Below, one piece after another: positions 49,272 through 59,536 of a stretch of 64,000 nucleotides of DNA; position 1 is the stretch's first letter, and the number at the start of each line of letters is the position of its first letter. The notes below the pieces were generated by a model. The model worked only from the letters and a program-made list of their open reading frames with translations. It did no database searches and had not been told where the DNA came from. Source of the DNA: an uncultured Planctomycetota bacterium (lineage in GTDB: Bacteria > Planctomycetota > PLA2 > JAEUHO01); NCBI GenBank assembly GCA_963752285.1, contig CAVVXN010000001.1, positions 768,001 through 832,000 of the forward strand, in the 5' to 3' direction. The position numbers were made by a program, and so were the translations under genes.

Positions 49272-49934
49272 GAGGTCACGCGCCCCACGGGCGTGGGGGC
49301 CCCACCTGTCGTGCGTCGTGCCGCTCGCTCGCGGCGTGGCGGTGCGGAGCGCGCGACGAGCCGTGTGCAGAGGGCGAGCGATGTTCGTGGAGCTGGCCGC
49401 CGATCGGGTCGCGGCGCTCGGGACCGGAGGTGTCGCGGTGGGCCCCGCAGTCCCGCCCGCACGCGCCGGCTGGAGGAGCGCCCGCGCCGGGGGGGAAGGA
49501 TGCGTCCCGTCCGGCCGGGGCCCGTCCTGGGCCGCGGGGTCTGCAAATCGGGGGGGCCTGCGGATCTGCGCCACGGCGTCCGACGATCTCCTTCGATGGC
49601 CCGTCGCCCCGTTCCCTCGCGCATCGTTCGGCCTCGGAGGACCCGGGACTTGTCCAGAATATCCTCCGGACGGCGATTCTCCCGCAGGCGCCCGCTCGGC
49701 CGGCCCCCGCGGGTGCGCCGACGCGCCCCCGTCCACCGCGATGGCAGCTCCGGCGCGCCCGGGGCACGCTCCGCGGCGGGATGCGTGCCCCGGGATCCAC
49801 GGCGCACTCCGTCGAACCGTCGCGCCACGGCGCCCCGTTCGCCGTCGTGACGGAGCCGGTCTGGAGGAGGTCCCCGCGCCCCGACGCTTCCGACCCGACG
49901 CCGCCCTCCGTACGCTGGCACGAACCCAATCATC

Positions 49935-50008
49935 GGGCCCGTAGCTCAATCGGTGAGAGCAGGGGACTCATAATCCCTTGGTTCCAGGTTCGAGTCCTGG
50001 CGGGCCCA
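49935..50008 (+). tRNA. tRNA with CAT anticodon, most likely tRNA-Ile2; CCA not encoded
   Basis: GGGCCCG/CGGGCCC-A acceptor stem, TAGCTCA..GGT..AGAGC D-arm, GGGA-CTCATAA-TCCC anticodon arm, GGTTCGAGTCC T-arm. Confidence 0.92.
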
Positions 50009-50158
50009 CTCCCCTCCAAGGGCCATTTCTTCGCCTCTGGCGCCCATCACGATCCGTAATCCACCCCCGACCGAGAGCCCCCGTTCGCGCAAGGAGCGGC
50101 GAGGAAGTGCGAGGTCGTGGCACCCGTCCCCCAAAGTTTCCCCCAAAGTGGCTCTCCG
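49960..50158 (+). repeat. 199-bp direct repeat, copy 1 (tRNA 3' part plus 150-bp arm; att site)
   Basis: Identical by eye to 62281-62479; contains tandem CCCCCAAAGT at 50128 and 50140. Confidence 0.92.
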
Positions 50159-50827
50159 TCGCGGGGCCCGCGCCATCAAGAGGTCCAGGCTAGGCGGGGT
50201 CTGGGAGCATCCGGAGGGTCAGATCGCCGGCGTGGCGACGGACGACCTCCAGCAGGCCGTTGCGGCAGCCCTCGGCTGCCCGCGCGAGGACATGTTCTTC
50301 GTGCAGCGTGACCCTCACGTACTGCGCTGATGGTGGGCCTTGAAGAGGACGCCGACGTGACGCGGGGCGGGACGGTGATCGGAGAGGCCAGGTACGGTGC
50401 GAACGAGGCACCTCCTGCCGACGAGGGGGAGCAGGTCCACACCGGGCCACCGACTCCAGGGCCGCACACGGTGCGAAACGTGGCGTACCCGGCCGCGGGG
50501 CTGCGCTGAGCCCCTGTGCGGGGCGCCACCGAGCGCCTGCGTTGCCATCCGCGGTAGGAGGCGCGTAGCATGCCGCAAGCACGTTGCGGACTGGCTCGGG
50601 GTGGAGCAGCCAGACCAGCCGCGCCGGGGAGCCAACATGCGTACAAGGGGAGCGATTCTCGGGGGGGCCACGCTTCTCGCGATCCTGGCGGCGGTGACCG
50701 CCAGCCGCGCGTGGGGCAGCGACGACGCGACCACGCCCGACCCGTCGGCACGAGTCGCAGACTGTGACCACGCCGGATCGACCGCTCTCACCCGAATGTA
50801 GGATCCCCGACGGAGAGGCGCTCCCGC

Positions 50828-51076
50828 ATGGCGAACATCCTCGCGGTCCCGGGTCCGAACTCGAGGTATCGGACTCCAGGGGCCGCTCCCGCCGGGTTCT
50901 TCTCGGGCTTCTGGCACGGGCTGATCTGCCCGTTCACCTTCCTGATCAGCCTCTTTGCCCCAGGCGTCCGGATCTACGAGACGAACAACTCCGGTCTCTG
51001 GTACGATTTCGGGTTCTTCCTGGGGATTGCCGCCACGTTCGGCTCCGGCGGCAGGAACGCTGCGCAGCTCCGCTGA
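50828..51076 (+). CDS. Small conserved membrane protein
   Basis: PAGFFSGFWHGLICPF..IYETNNSGLWYDFGFFLG; TAGGAT box and GGAGAGG upstream. Confidence 0.7.
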   Translation: MANILAVPGPNSRYRTPGAAPAGFFSGFWHGLICPFTFLISLFAPGVRIYETNNSGLWYDFGFFLGIAATFGSGGRNAAQLR

Positions 51077-51080
51077 TCGC

Positions 51081-52091
51081 CTACCGGGTGGGGGGCTGAC
51101 GAGTCCGTAGCGACGCGACGAACCTGGGGTCAAGGTCCAGTGCCTCTATGTCCAGCCGCTCTCCCAACACCTCCTTCTTACGGCCTGGCGGGAGGCCCTG
51201 GAAGGCACGAATGCTCTCGTCAGATGCGAACAGGGCGAGTGTCTCCGGCTGTGACAAGATGCGCCTGTATAGCCATCTCGCTAGCTCATGCGCCTGATGC
51301 ACACGACGCAGTGCCAGCGCCTCCGTAGGCTCAAACAGGTGCGGGGCTGCCGCTTTGAGGTCATTCATGTGTTCCGTCGCACTTCGAAGATCGTAGATGT
51401 CCGCCAAAGTTGTATGCGAGACGTCTGCTAGCGCCTCCACGCGGCTCTTGAACTGTGACTTCGTCTTGCCCTGCTCTGGCACGACTAGCGCTTCGACGGC
51501 ACGCACGGACTGGTGAAGACGATCCTCAGTGTGTCTGGCCTCAAGAGCCCTCTTCAGTGCCCGCAGTCCGCGCCTGAATCGATCGAAGCTGTCGAGTTCG
51601 TCGTTCAAAGTCTGAATCCCGGCGGCGGCCAAGTCGGCTTCGCGGAGAACCGCGTCGTCGACCGTGAGCCATGGCGTTCCCTGGAACCAGTAAAACTCCT
51701 GGAGGCTGCTGGTCTTGCGGACCTGGACTACTCCCTCGTGGTGCGAACCGCCGATGCGGACGCCAGGTTGCTCCAGATTCATGGATCCCTGCAAGAGCAG
51801 GCCCAGGACGACGCAGGTGCACCTGCCCTCGAGTGTGGAGAACTCCTCGTCCACGATGCCCAGTTTGTCGGACGGCCTTTGAGCGAGGATGTAGAGACGG
51901 CACTTCCTGAACCGATCTGCGTACAGACTCCCCAGTGCCTTCCGCATGTGGGCGTCGAGCTCGACGGGGGGAGACGGGAGCGCTAGGGTCTGAGAGCCCA
52001 GACGGACAGGTGCGACGACATCGCTCGCCGCGCCAACAAGGCCGCAACACACGAATTTGTGACCGGGCAGTATCAGTTGGGGCTCAGTCAT
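51081..52091 (-). CDS. HEPN-domain protein (ApeA-like), candidate defence RNase
   Basis: C-terminal helical domain with RAVEAL and IYDLRSATEH (R-x4-H). Confidence 0.65.
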   Translation of the reverse strand: MTEPQLILPGHKFVCCGLVGAASDVVAPVRLGSQTLALPSPPVELDAHMRKALGSLYADRFRKCRLYILAQRPSDKLGIVDEEFSTLEGRCTCVVLGLLLQGSMNLEQPGVRIGGSHHEGVVQVRKTSSLQEFYWFQGTPWLTVDDAVLREADLAAAGIQTLNDELDSFDRFRRGLRALKRALEARHTEDRLHQSVRAVEALVVPEQGKTKSQFKSRVEALADVSHTTLADIYDLRSATEHMNDLKAAAPHLFEPTEALALRRVHQAHELARWLYRRILSQPETLALFASDESIRAFQGLPPGRKKEVLGERLDIEALDLDPRFVASLRTRQPPTR

Positions 52092-52215
52092 GGCGCCATC
52101 TTGCGCGCACCCACGCTGCCAGGCGAGGCTCTTCCCTTCGCTCCCTCATCAGTGACGGCAGCGCCACTGGGCGGAGGCCCGAACGTCATGGGGGCGACAG
52201 TGCTCAGTGGTCGCC

Positions 52216-52719
52216 CTACCCTCCAACAGACTCGCGTCGCTCGCTGTTTGCCGCCGGCGCGGGACCCGAACCTGCCCCCACATCGATCCTCCCGACGGCC
52301 TCCCGCGCATCGTCCATCTGGAGCCTTACGTACACGTTCGCCGTGAGCGTCGGCGTCGAGTGCCGCATGAGCTTCTGGGCCTGGGCGAGGGAGACGCCGG
52401 CGCGCGCGAGGAGGGTGCCGTAGGTCGTACGGAGGGCGTGGAGGTCGATCACCCCGGCCGGCGTCTGGACGGGGATCCTCGCCGCCCCGAGGTCCTTCCG
52501 GAGCGTCACCGTGTTCGGGACCGCCCGGAAGACCTTGGCGCTCGGGAGCTGCTGGTCGCCCCGGAGCGTGGCGAGCGCGGCCACGGTCCCGGGCGGGAGC
52601 GGGAGCACGGCCTCGCGGCGGTTCTTGGCCTGGGACGCCCGGACGCGGACCGTCGCCACCTCCAGGTCCACGTCGGCCCAGGTGAGCGAGGCGAGCTCGG
52701 AGCGCCGCAGCCCCGTCCC
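52216..52719 (-). pseudogene. Tyrosine integrase C-terminal remnant truncated by IS
   Basis: TGLRRSEL, AKN, LHALRTT, MRHS, TANVY catalytic residues; homology stops at the IS boundary. Confidence 0.88.
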
Positions 52720-53729
52720 TGGTCCCGCAGAGGAGCATTCCCGGTACTGGATCTCGCCCGTGCAGCAGTTCGGTGACCGAGTAGAAGCCGAGGTTGGTCT
52801 TCGAGCCCTTCGGCGGGCCATGGACGAAGTTCAGCGCATCGGCGGCGAAGCTTGCGATCCTCGCGCTGGTGGCGCTCCTGGGCCCGCGTCTCTCCTACGA
52901 ACGGGTCCGGATCTTCCTGCCGGGGCTGGGCCGGCGGGAGGCGAGATCGTGGCTCCGGCGCTCTCGGCGGGACTGGGCGCGGGCGCGGGAACGGGGGCAG
53001 GCGTTGCTCCGGTGGCTCGCTCCCGGGACGGTGTGGGCGATGGACTTCAGCGAGGCGCCCACTCCGATCGAGGGGCGGTACCGCTACCTGCTCAGCGTGC
53101 GGGACCTGGCGAGCGGGATGCAACTGGTGGCGCTGCCGTGCCACGACACGACCGAGGCCACGGCGACGGCCGCGCTCGAGGCGGCGTTCCTTGCGCACGG
53201 CGCGCCGCTCGTGCTCAAGACGGACAACGGCTCGGCGTTCATCGCCGGGGCGTTCCGGGCGCTGCTCCTTGCCTACGGGGTGACCGCCCTCTACTCCCCG
53301 CCACGCTGGCCTCGCTACAATGGGGCCTGCGAGGCCGGGATCGGCGGGCTCAAGACCCGGGCCCACCACCTCTCGGCGTGGGCCGGGCGGCCCGGCGAGT
53401 GGACCCTAGAGGACCTGGAGCGTGCTCGATGCTACGGCAACGAGTTCGGACGGCCGTTCGGGCGAAGTCGGCCCGTGCCGGCGGGGGTCTGGGCGACGCG
53501 GCGCCCCCCGACGCCGGAGGCGTCAGACGCCTTTCGCGAGGCGCTCGCCCGGCACCGGGAGGCGCTGGCCGCGGTACGACATCCCGAGTCGGGGCGTTCC
53601 CGGCTCGCGCTCGACGAGCGCACGGCGATCACGCGCGCGCTCACCGAGCTGGGCTACCTGGAGTTCAAGACGAGGCGCGTTTCTCTACCCATTTCCCCGC
53701 CTTTGGCGGCAGGGATTCTCTGAGGACCA
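52720..53729 (+). mobile_element. IS3/IS481-like insertion sequence, probably internally deleted
   Basis: TG...CA ends with imperfect inverted repeats (TGGTCCCGCAGAG versus TGGTCCTCAGAG). Confidence 0.65.
52794..53723 (+). CDS. DDE (rve-type) transposase, N-terminus probably incomplete
   Basis: WAMDF, LKTDNGSAF, YSPPRWPRYNGACEAG. Confidence 0.85.
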   Translation: MVFEPFGGPWTKFSASAAKLAILALVALLGPRLSYERVRIFLPGLGRREARSWLRRSRRDWARARERGQALLRWLAPGTVWAMDFSEAPTPIEGRYRYLLSVRDLASGMQLVALPCHDTTEATATAALEAAFLAHGAPLVLKTDNGSAFIAGAFRALLLAYGVTALYSPPRWPRYNGACEAGIGGLKTRAHHLSAWAGRPGEWTLEDLERARCYGNEFGRPFGRSRPVPAGVWATRRPPTPEASDAFREALARHREALAAVRHPESGRSRLALDERTAITRALTELGYLEFKTRRVSLPISPPLAAGIL

Positions 53730-53852
53730 CACAAGAACCTGGAGCCGTGGCCACGGGTCATGACGGCTCTATGGGGCGAGCAAATGCGGTTGGATGAAGT
53801 GCGGTTGCTGCAGCCATAGTGCGATGAGCGCCGCCGAGCTGTACTTGTCTGG

Positions 53853-56132
53853 GTGTCCGCACGTTGCGGCAACGAGGAGGTCGGGAGGATCGAAGTGACT
53901 ACCTTCCCGTCCTGCAGGGGGCGTGTGACCGTAGCGCGGTCGCGTCTTGTCTTGGGAACACACGTCCTTCGGGTTGTTTGTCAGTGGGTGCTGCTGGCGG
54001 TGACCCTCTTTGCGTGTCGCGCCGGAAGCCGCGGGCCAGTCGACGTTTGCCCGAAGGAAATCGAGCGCGATGCATCAGTGAAGCGACTGTCCACCGCTGC
54101 CGCTGCGTCGGCGGCAGCCGGTGTGCCGCGTGGTGCGAGTGCCTCGGTCGTAATCACAGTGGTGGATGGTTCTGCCAGACCCATCGCTGGTGCGCGGGTG
54201 CGTATCTCCAGCGATCTCACGGTACTGACTGGCTGGGACGGTGTCGCGCATGTGCAACGAGCGCCGGTCGGGGAGTACAGAGCAGCCATCTGGTCCCAGG
54301 GACATCGCGCACAGGCTGTCCCCCTGGAGGTGATCCCGGGAAGATCGGTATCGGCGCGAGTGGTCCTGCGCGCGTGCCGTGGTCTACGCAGTGTGGTCCT
54401 CGATGCCGAATCAGCTCGGCCAGTGGCAGACGCGGAGTTGCGCCTGTATGACGACGGCGACTGGGGAGCACCGTGGCCGGAGAGCGTCCCGGCCCATGTC
54501 GGTCGCCCGACTTGGCAGGCCCGAAGCGATGGGCGCGGGGAGATCACCCTTCCATGCTCCTGGGGCGCTCTGGAGATCCGTGCGCGTGGCTACGCAACGA
54601 TCTGGAAGTTCTACGACGCCACGAAATCAAGCATGCGCCGCCGGTTCCCGGTGTACCTCCCCCAGTCAGGATGCGTGCGGGGTCACGTCGTCGCGGGACT
54701 GGAAAGCCGATGCAGCGTCGTGGCGACGCCGAGAGAACTCGCGCTACACGTCTATCCTGACGAGGGTTATTCTGACCCGTTCTTATGGAGAACCCCCGTC
54801 TTCAGGGATGCGCTTCGGGTGAGGACGGTGTCCGTCCAGCAGGGGGGTGGCTTCTTCATCGAAGGGGAGCCGATCGGGGAAGTCCTTGTCCTACGTGTCA
54901 TGTGCTCCGGCCATGAGCCCGGTACTGCGGTGGTCGTGCGCGCGGCCCTAGGAAAGCGGAGTCCCGACGTGTCGCTCCGGCCAGGTCCGCTCTTCCTGCA
55001 GGGTAGGCCGGATGGGGACCGAAACCGCGACGCGACGACGTCGGCCTTCGAAGTGGCTGGGCAGGTTGTCGACGAGGCCGGAAGGCCGGTGGCGGGGGCG
55101 GGTGTCTGGATCCACGGAAGGCGGGGCGCCGCGGCCCTGACGGACGCAGGAGGACACTTCGCAGGGATACGGGGCGCACTGGAGCCTCTGACTGAGATCG
55201 TTGCAGCGAAGGCCGGCTACAGCCGAGCTACGCGGGACCTGCGGACGTCCGGCAACGCCAGGGTGGTCTTGACCCTGGAGCGAGCCGCGCGACTCGTGGG
55301 AGAGGCCCGGATCCCGATGACCGTCACGGAACCCGGATCTCTCGGCCTCTCATGGCAGCTCGGCTGGGGTGAAGCCGTGGTGCCTTGGCCCGCTCACGCG
55401 CGAGGACGCTTGCGATTCGACATCAGCGCTCCGCCTGGGCACCTTGGCGATCTTCGCATTGAAGCGTGGCCGTTCGCCGCGGAAGTTCGGCAGGTAGAGA
55501 CCGTGCCCGGCCAGACCCTCGATCTCGGAACCGTGCAGCTCGCTCCCATTCCTCATGAGGTGATCTCGGGCACGGTCCGGAGGGAAGAGGGCGGTGCGCT
55601 ACCCGACGCTGAGGTCACGTTCAAGCGCGATGAAGAAGTCGGTACGGCCGCGCAGGCGACAACGGATGAGGCAGGGGCGTTTCAGTTCAACGTTCGAGGT
55701 CAAGTGCTGGGCGGCGAGTTGCGCGTGGTGCGGGCCGGTTACTGCAATGTGGTGAGGCACATTGTAGCTGGTCCCGGGCCCAAGCGAGTGGACATCGCAA
55801 TGGAGGAAGCGGGGACGATTGAAGGAAGGGTCCTCGGGGCCGAGGGGCACCCTGTCTTCTTGCTCCAAATCGAGGCTTGGAGTGCGGCCTCGAAGGAGAC
55901 CTGGGGTGCCCTCACCTACACGGATCGTGGTGGACGTTACTACCTTGAGCTGAAGCCGGGGCTCTGGTCGCTGCGCTGGGCTCTTCCGGGGCACCAGCAC
56001 GTGGGACGTGGAGATGAGAGGATCATCCGGGATCGGTTCCGAGTTGGGGCAGGAGAGCACCTGTCCCTTGTAACGTACCTCTCGGACTTGCCTCAAGTGG
56101 GAGTTCCGAAGCCGCGCGAGCGTTCCCGGTGA
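53853..56132 (+). CDS. Exported protein with repeated carboxypeptidase-regulatory-like beta-sandwich domains; start uncertain
   Basis: Repeated G.V.D..G.P(V/I)AGA.V and TD..G.F motifs; possible lipobox LFAC. Confidence 0.75.
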   Translation: MSARCGNEEVGRIEVTTFPSCRGRVTVARSRLVLGTHVLRVVCQWVLLAVTLFACRAGSRGPVDVCPKEIERDASVKRLSTAAAASAAAGVPRGASASVVITVVDGSARPIAGARVRISSDLTVLTGWDGVAHVQRAPVGEYRAAIWSQGHRAQAVPLEVIPGRSVSARVVLRACRGLRSVVLDAESARPVADAELRLYDDGDWGAPWPESVPAHVGRPTWQARSDGRGEITLPCSWGALEIRARGYATIWKFYDATKSSMRRRFPVYLPQSGCVRGHVVAGLESRCSVVATPRELALHVYPDEGYSDPFLWRTPVFRDALRVRTVSVQQGGGFFIEGEPIGEVLVLRVMCSGHEPGTAVVVRAALGKRSPDVSLRPGPLFLQGRPDGDRNRDATTSAFEVAGQVVDEAGRPVAGAGVWIHGRRGAAALTDAGGHFAGIRGALEPLTEIVAAKAGYSRATRDLRTSGNARVVLTLERAARLVGEARIPMTVTEPGSLGLSWQLGWGEAVVPWPAHARGRLRFDISAPPGHLGDLRIEAWPFAAEVRQVETVPGQTLDLGTVQLAPIPHEVISGTVRREEGGALPDAEVTFKRDEEVGTAAQATTDEAGAFQFNVRGQVLGGELRVVRAGYCNVVRHIVAGPGPKRVDIAMEEAGTIEGRVLGAEGHPVFLLQIEAWSAASKETWGALTYTDRGGRYYLELKPGLWSLRWALPGHQHVGRGDERIIRDRFRVGAGEHLSLVTYLSDLPQVGVPKPRERSR

Positions 56133-56310
56133 ATCGGCTCTGCGCCGACTCATTCGCGCTCCGCCGATGGGATGGGCGCGCGTCCCGCAGCCCCTTGACC
56201 GTGTGCTTCCGGCGATGGTGCGTGAGTCCGGGCCGCGGCGGCTGCGCGGGGCGCCGGGCGGGGCTCGGCGGGCGAGGGTGAGACCGGCGCCCGGCGCCGA
56301 CTTCCCGTCT

Positions 56311-56356
56311 TCGGAGGTGCGTGTCAATCCCTTCTGGAGCTTCCTGCCCAGAAGTC
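56311..56356 (+). repeat. 46-bp cassette-boundary motif, copy 1
   Basis: TCGGAGGTGCGTGTCAATCCCTTCTGGAGCTTCCTGCCCAGAAGTC; 38/46 identical to copy 3. Confidence 0.8.
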
Positions 56357-56540
56357 GGCACCGGGAGGACGCGGCCGTATCCGCCGACGAGGCCCGGCCC
56401 GGCGCGGAACCCGGTGCCTGACTTCCCGCAGACGGCGCCGACCAGGAGGGCGGAAAGTCGTCCTGCCGGGGCCGCGCGAGCAACGGGGAGGGCGCTTGGA
56501 GCCGGGTCTGATCGAGCTGGCGGTCACGCGTGACACGACA

Positions 56541-56616
56541 ATGGCCTGCCGCGGTAGGATCCTGGCCATGGCCGAGCCCGGGGAAGGTCCGCGGTCGGGG
56601 CGCGTGGCGGTGCCGC
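56541..56616 (+). repeat. Rhs cassette leader, copy 1 (TAGGAT box plus ATG)
   Basis: 68/76 identical to 59461-59536. Confidence 0.85.
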
Positions 56617-56653
56617 CTGCGCGCGACGCTGGGACCAAGCGTGCGCGACGCGG

Positions 56654-57865
56654 GTGCTGGGCCGACGGGTGGGGAAGGCCGTGACGGGTGGCGTGACCGA
56701 GCGGTACGTCTACGCGGGCGTCGAGACGATCGCGACCTACGACGGCTCGAACACCTGGAAGCAGGACTTCGTCTTCGGCCAGGGGATCGACAACGTGTTG
56801 ATGCTCGAGCAGGCGGACGTGCTCGACTTCGACTCGGACCAGAACACGACCGAGACGACAAGGTCCTTCTACCACAAGAACGCGCTCGGCTCCGTGATGG
56901 CGATCACGGACATGAACGAGGCGACGGCGGTGTCGTACCGGTACGATCCGTACGGCGAGGTAACCGTCACGCGCGGATGGCAGACGCAGTCGGCGGACCC
57001 GCTGCAACAGCACTGGACGTACCCGGGGCGGTTCTTCGACGAGGAGACGGGGCTCTACTACTATCGGGCGAGGTGCTTTGGCCCGGAGAAGGGGAGGTTC
57101 CTGGAGAGGGATCCGCTGGGCTATCAGGTTGGTCCGCACTTGTACAACTATGCAGGCGATCGACCTATCGGCATTCGCGATCCACTCGGCCTGGACGGAC
57201 TGGCGGACCCCGACCGGGCAGGCCCTGAGCCTGGTAGCGCGAATGACCCCGGTGGGTTTGATGAGAATCGCGGAGGCGGGCAGTTTGATCCGTTTACGTC
57301 CAGCGCAGGCACTCTGGAGTTCAGACTCGATGTCTACTTCTGGATTCCACGTGGCCACGGCCCCGCGGGAGGACTCTACGTGCAGTCGCGCATCTTGGTG
57401 TTTGCGACCGGGTGCAAGACGCAGCCCGGGACGTCTTTGCCATGCCCCAATCCACGCCTGACCGTGGAGTACTTCAGGTTGGATGGATATCGGACGAAGA
57501 TCCCGGACACCCATAGCTCCACGTTCATGACTGGATACTGTGCGGGCACAGTGCACGTTAGTTTCACTCTTACCTTGGGCGCGTTGATTGTGCGGGACCC
57601 CAACACCGGCGACTGGACGTCCGGCGCAGCATACTACCGGGCAGCGGCGTACGGCTACGTTCCACCCGCCACCCACACGACGTTCGGATTGGATAATGTA
57701 CACTTCACTCCCCTGAGTCGGCCTCGACGGTGGTATTACCAATTCAATTTCGATCAATGCACAGGCTCACCATCCAGGATCCGGTGCAGCTGGGACAGGA
57801 TCACTCGCCCGAGGCTCCGAGAGGATCCGGTTCCGAAGCCGCCCGTCATAACGCCTAGTGACTAG
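56654..57865 (+). CDS. Orphan Rhs core + C-terminal domain 1 (partly degenerate)
   Basis: LGRRV, HKNALGSV, YDPYG, ETGLYYYRAR, GRFLERDPLG, PIGIRDPLGL, then a beta/Cys-rich tip. Confidence 0.9.
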   Translation: MLGRRVGKAVTGGVTERYVYAGVETIATYDGSNTWKQDFVFGQGIDNVLMLEQADVLDFDSDQNTTETTRSFYHKNALGSVMAITDMNEATAVSYRYDPYGEVTVTRGWQTQSADPLQQHWTYPGRFFDEETGLYYYRARCFGPEKGRFLERDPLGYQVGPHLYNYAGDRPIGIRDPLGLDGLADPDRAGPEPGSANDPGGFDENRGGGQFDPFTSSAGTLEFRLDVYFWIPRGHGPAGGLYVQSRILVFATGCKTQPGTSLPCPNPRLTVEYFRLDGYRTKIPDTHSSTFMTGYCAGTVHVSFTLTLGALIVRDPNTGDWTSGAAYYRAAAYGYVPPATHTTFGLDNVHFTPLSRPRRWYYQFNFDQCTGSPSRIRCSWDRITRPRLREDPVPKPPVITPSD

Positions 57866-59012
57866 GGAGTACGCTGTGAACGCCGGTCTGTTCCGAGGTT
57901 CGCTAGTGGCCGCCGCCTTCGTTGTGTCCCTTACCCTAGCCTCTTCTCGTGCCGAGGATCGACCTACCCGAGACGACGTGCGACATGTGTTCCGGGCATT
58001 CGCACCCGAGTACTACCGCCGCTTCTACGCCTGGGCCAATGCACAGACATTTGTGCCGGGAGAGAACCTAGGAAAGGAGGAGCGTGACGCACGATATGCG
58101 TCACTGCGCCGGAGGAGCGAGTTGTGGGCTGAGGCTTTCCAGGAGGTGTTGGTGCTGGACAGCGATCAGACCTTCGTGCTCGAGTTTCGCGACCTTGTGT
58201 CCATGCCTGACAAGGTGCCCGTGATGTCCGTGATCCCGGAAGGGGCATGGACCAAGTGGAGCGGTCGGTGGGCACGGACTGGAACGACGTTGCGACTGAC
58301 GGTGTGGCGAATCAATGGATTACCTGTGGCTTCGCCAGTTGACTGGGTGGCTGTATGGATTCGGAGAGAGGTCGTCATTCCGAACCTGCGACAGGGCTAT
58401 GCACCAGCGGTCATGCACGAGGTTCTTGGCGGGGATGTGGGTACGAACCAGGTCTTGGACAGGAATGAGGATGCAAGCCAGCGGTGTGTGTCTATCTCGT
58501 CGACGGAGAGTCGGCTCGGCAGGTTGGCAAAGAGCATTACGGGCCTGCTGCGATTCGCGCTTGGTGAGAAGCATCGCAAGGCGTCTCAGAGGAGCGCGTT
58601 TGCAGACAACCCTCACCATTGGCTGCAAGTGCTGCGGGGGCCGAACGAGGCGCAGTGGACGGAGGCTGCCGTGGAGCTCGTCCGTCTCCACTCCACTGAG
58701 GCTGCTACGACCTTCATGAAGATCCTCGATGAGCGGAGAGGTGAAGGCGAGGTTCGGGTAGTTGCGGCGAACGCGCTAGGGGAGTGGAGAGTCGTTGACA
58801 GTGTGCCCACACTGATACGATCTCTCCAGGACGAAGACCGCGTTGTGCGGCTTTCAAGTATGTACGCTCTGGAGAGCGTAACCGGTCACCACATCGAAGT
58901 CGAAGGAAGTGATCGGAGTGAGGAAGAGGTTGCGAGTTGGCTGCAATCGCAGTGGTCGGCCTGGTGGGCAGAGAACGAGGCATCTGTGCGTGCTTCTCAT
59001 GCCGGGAGCTGA
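57858..59012 (+). CDS. Exported HEAT-repeat protein, candidate partner/immunity of Rhs-CT1
   Basis: Overlaps the Rhs stop; signal peptide; VRVVAANALGE and DEDRVVRLSSMYALESVTG; W..WW end. Confidence 0.75.
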   Translation: MTREYAVNAGLFRGSLVAAAFVVSLTLASSRAEDRPTRDDVRHVFRAFAPEYYRRFYAWANAQTFVPGENLGKEERDARYASLRRRSELWAEAFQEVLVLDSDQTFVLEFRDLVSMPDKVPVMSVIPEGAWTKWSGRWARTGTTLRLTVWRINGLPVASPVDWVAVWIRREVVIPNLRQGYAPAVMHEVLGGDVGTNQVLDRNEDASQRCVSISSTESRLGRLAKSITGLLRFALGEKHRKASQRSAFADNPHHWLQVLRGPNEAQWTEAAVELVRLHSTEAATTFMKILDERRGEGEVRVVAANALGEWRVVDSVPTLIRSLQDEDRVVRLSSMYALESVTGHHIEVEGSDRSEEEVASWLQSQWSAWWAENEASVRASHAGS

Positions 59013-59070
59013 GGCACCAGAACCTGTTCCGTCCCCGATCGGTGTTGACTCCTGACGGCCTTGGGAATCC

Positions 59071-59116
59071 TCAGAGGTATGTATCAGTCCCTTCTGGATA
59101 TTTCTGCCGAGTACTC
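59071..59116 (+). repeat. 46-bp cassette-boundary motif, copy 2
   Basis: TCAGAGGTATGTATCAGTCCCTTCTGGATATTTCTGCCGAGTACTC; 42/46 identical to copy 3. Confidence 0.85.
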
Positions 59117-59220
59117 TAATATCGGGGTCGCGGATCGTCCCGCCGCAATGACGGCCGTGGGCGTGTGTGAGGGTCGGGGCGGCGCCCCCCAGTCGGGCCG
59201 ACCGGGCATAGGACCCGCCG

Positions 59221-59325
59221 TGTCGGGTTCCTCCCCCTCGATGTCGTCAGGCGGAGCACACCCCGCATTGCGCAGCTCGGCTTACGGCGAGGCGGGCGGC
59301 CCGGGCTTCGCGGCGCCGGGTGGCG
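59221..59325 (+). repeat. Inter-cassette linker repeat, copy 1
   Basis: Shares GTCGTCAGGCG..GCACACCCCGCA..GCGCAGCTCGG..AGGCGGGCGGC..GCGCCGGGTGGCG with 61901-62003. Confidence 0.8.
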
Positions 59326-59460
59326 AGGGGCGCCCGGACGTTGACGCCCGTCCCGAAGTAGACTTGGTCCGGCGTCCGGCCCTGGATGGCCTGTGATTAG
59401 CCCGCCGTCAACACCGGGCCAACTGTCCCCATAGGGCTTCGGACGCCGCCTTTCGCACGC

Positions 59461-59536
59461 ATGGCCCGTTGCGGTAGGATCCTGGCCATGGCCGAGCCCG
59501 GGGCAGGTCCGCGGTCGGGACGCACGGCGGCGCCGC
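59461..59536 (+). repeat. Rhs cassette leader, copy 2
   Basis: TAGGAT at 59475-59480 and ATG at 59488, in frame with Rhs2. Confidence 0.85.

Noticed and set aside
49272..49930. Cobalamin riboswitch or CarH operator upstream of the MerR gene
   Set aside because: No recognisable B12 box or convincing tandem operator repeats by eye
49935..50008. Initiator tRNA-fMet
   Set aside because: Has a paired G1-C72, and the anticodon arm GACTCATAATC resembles Ile2-type tRNAs; elongator Met is not fully excluded
50148..50801. Short ORFs right after the att site
   Set aside because: Look like gene fragments (one is a signal peptide ending in an early stop); no supportable product
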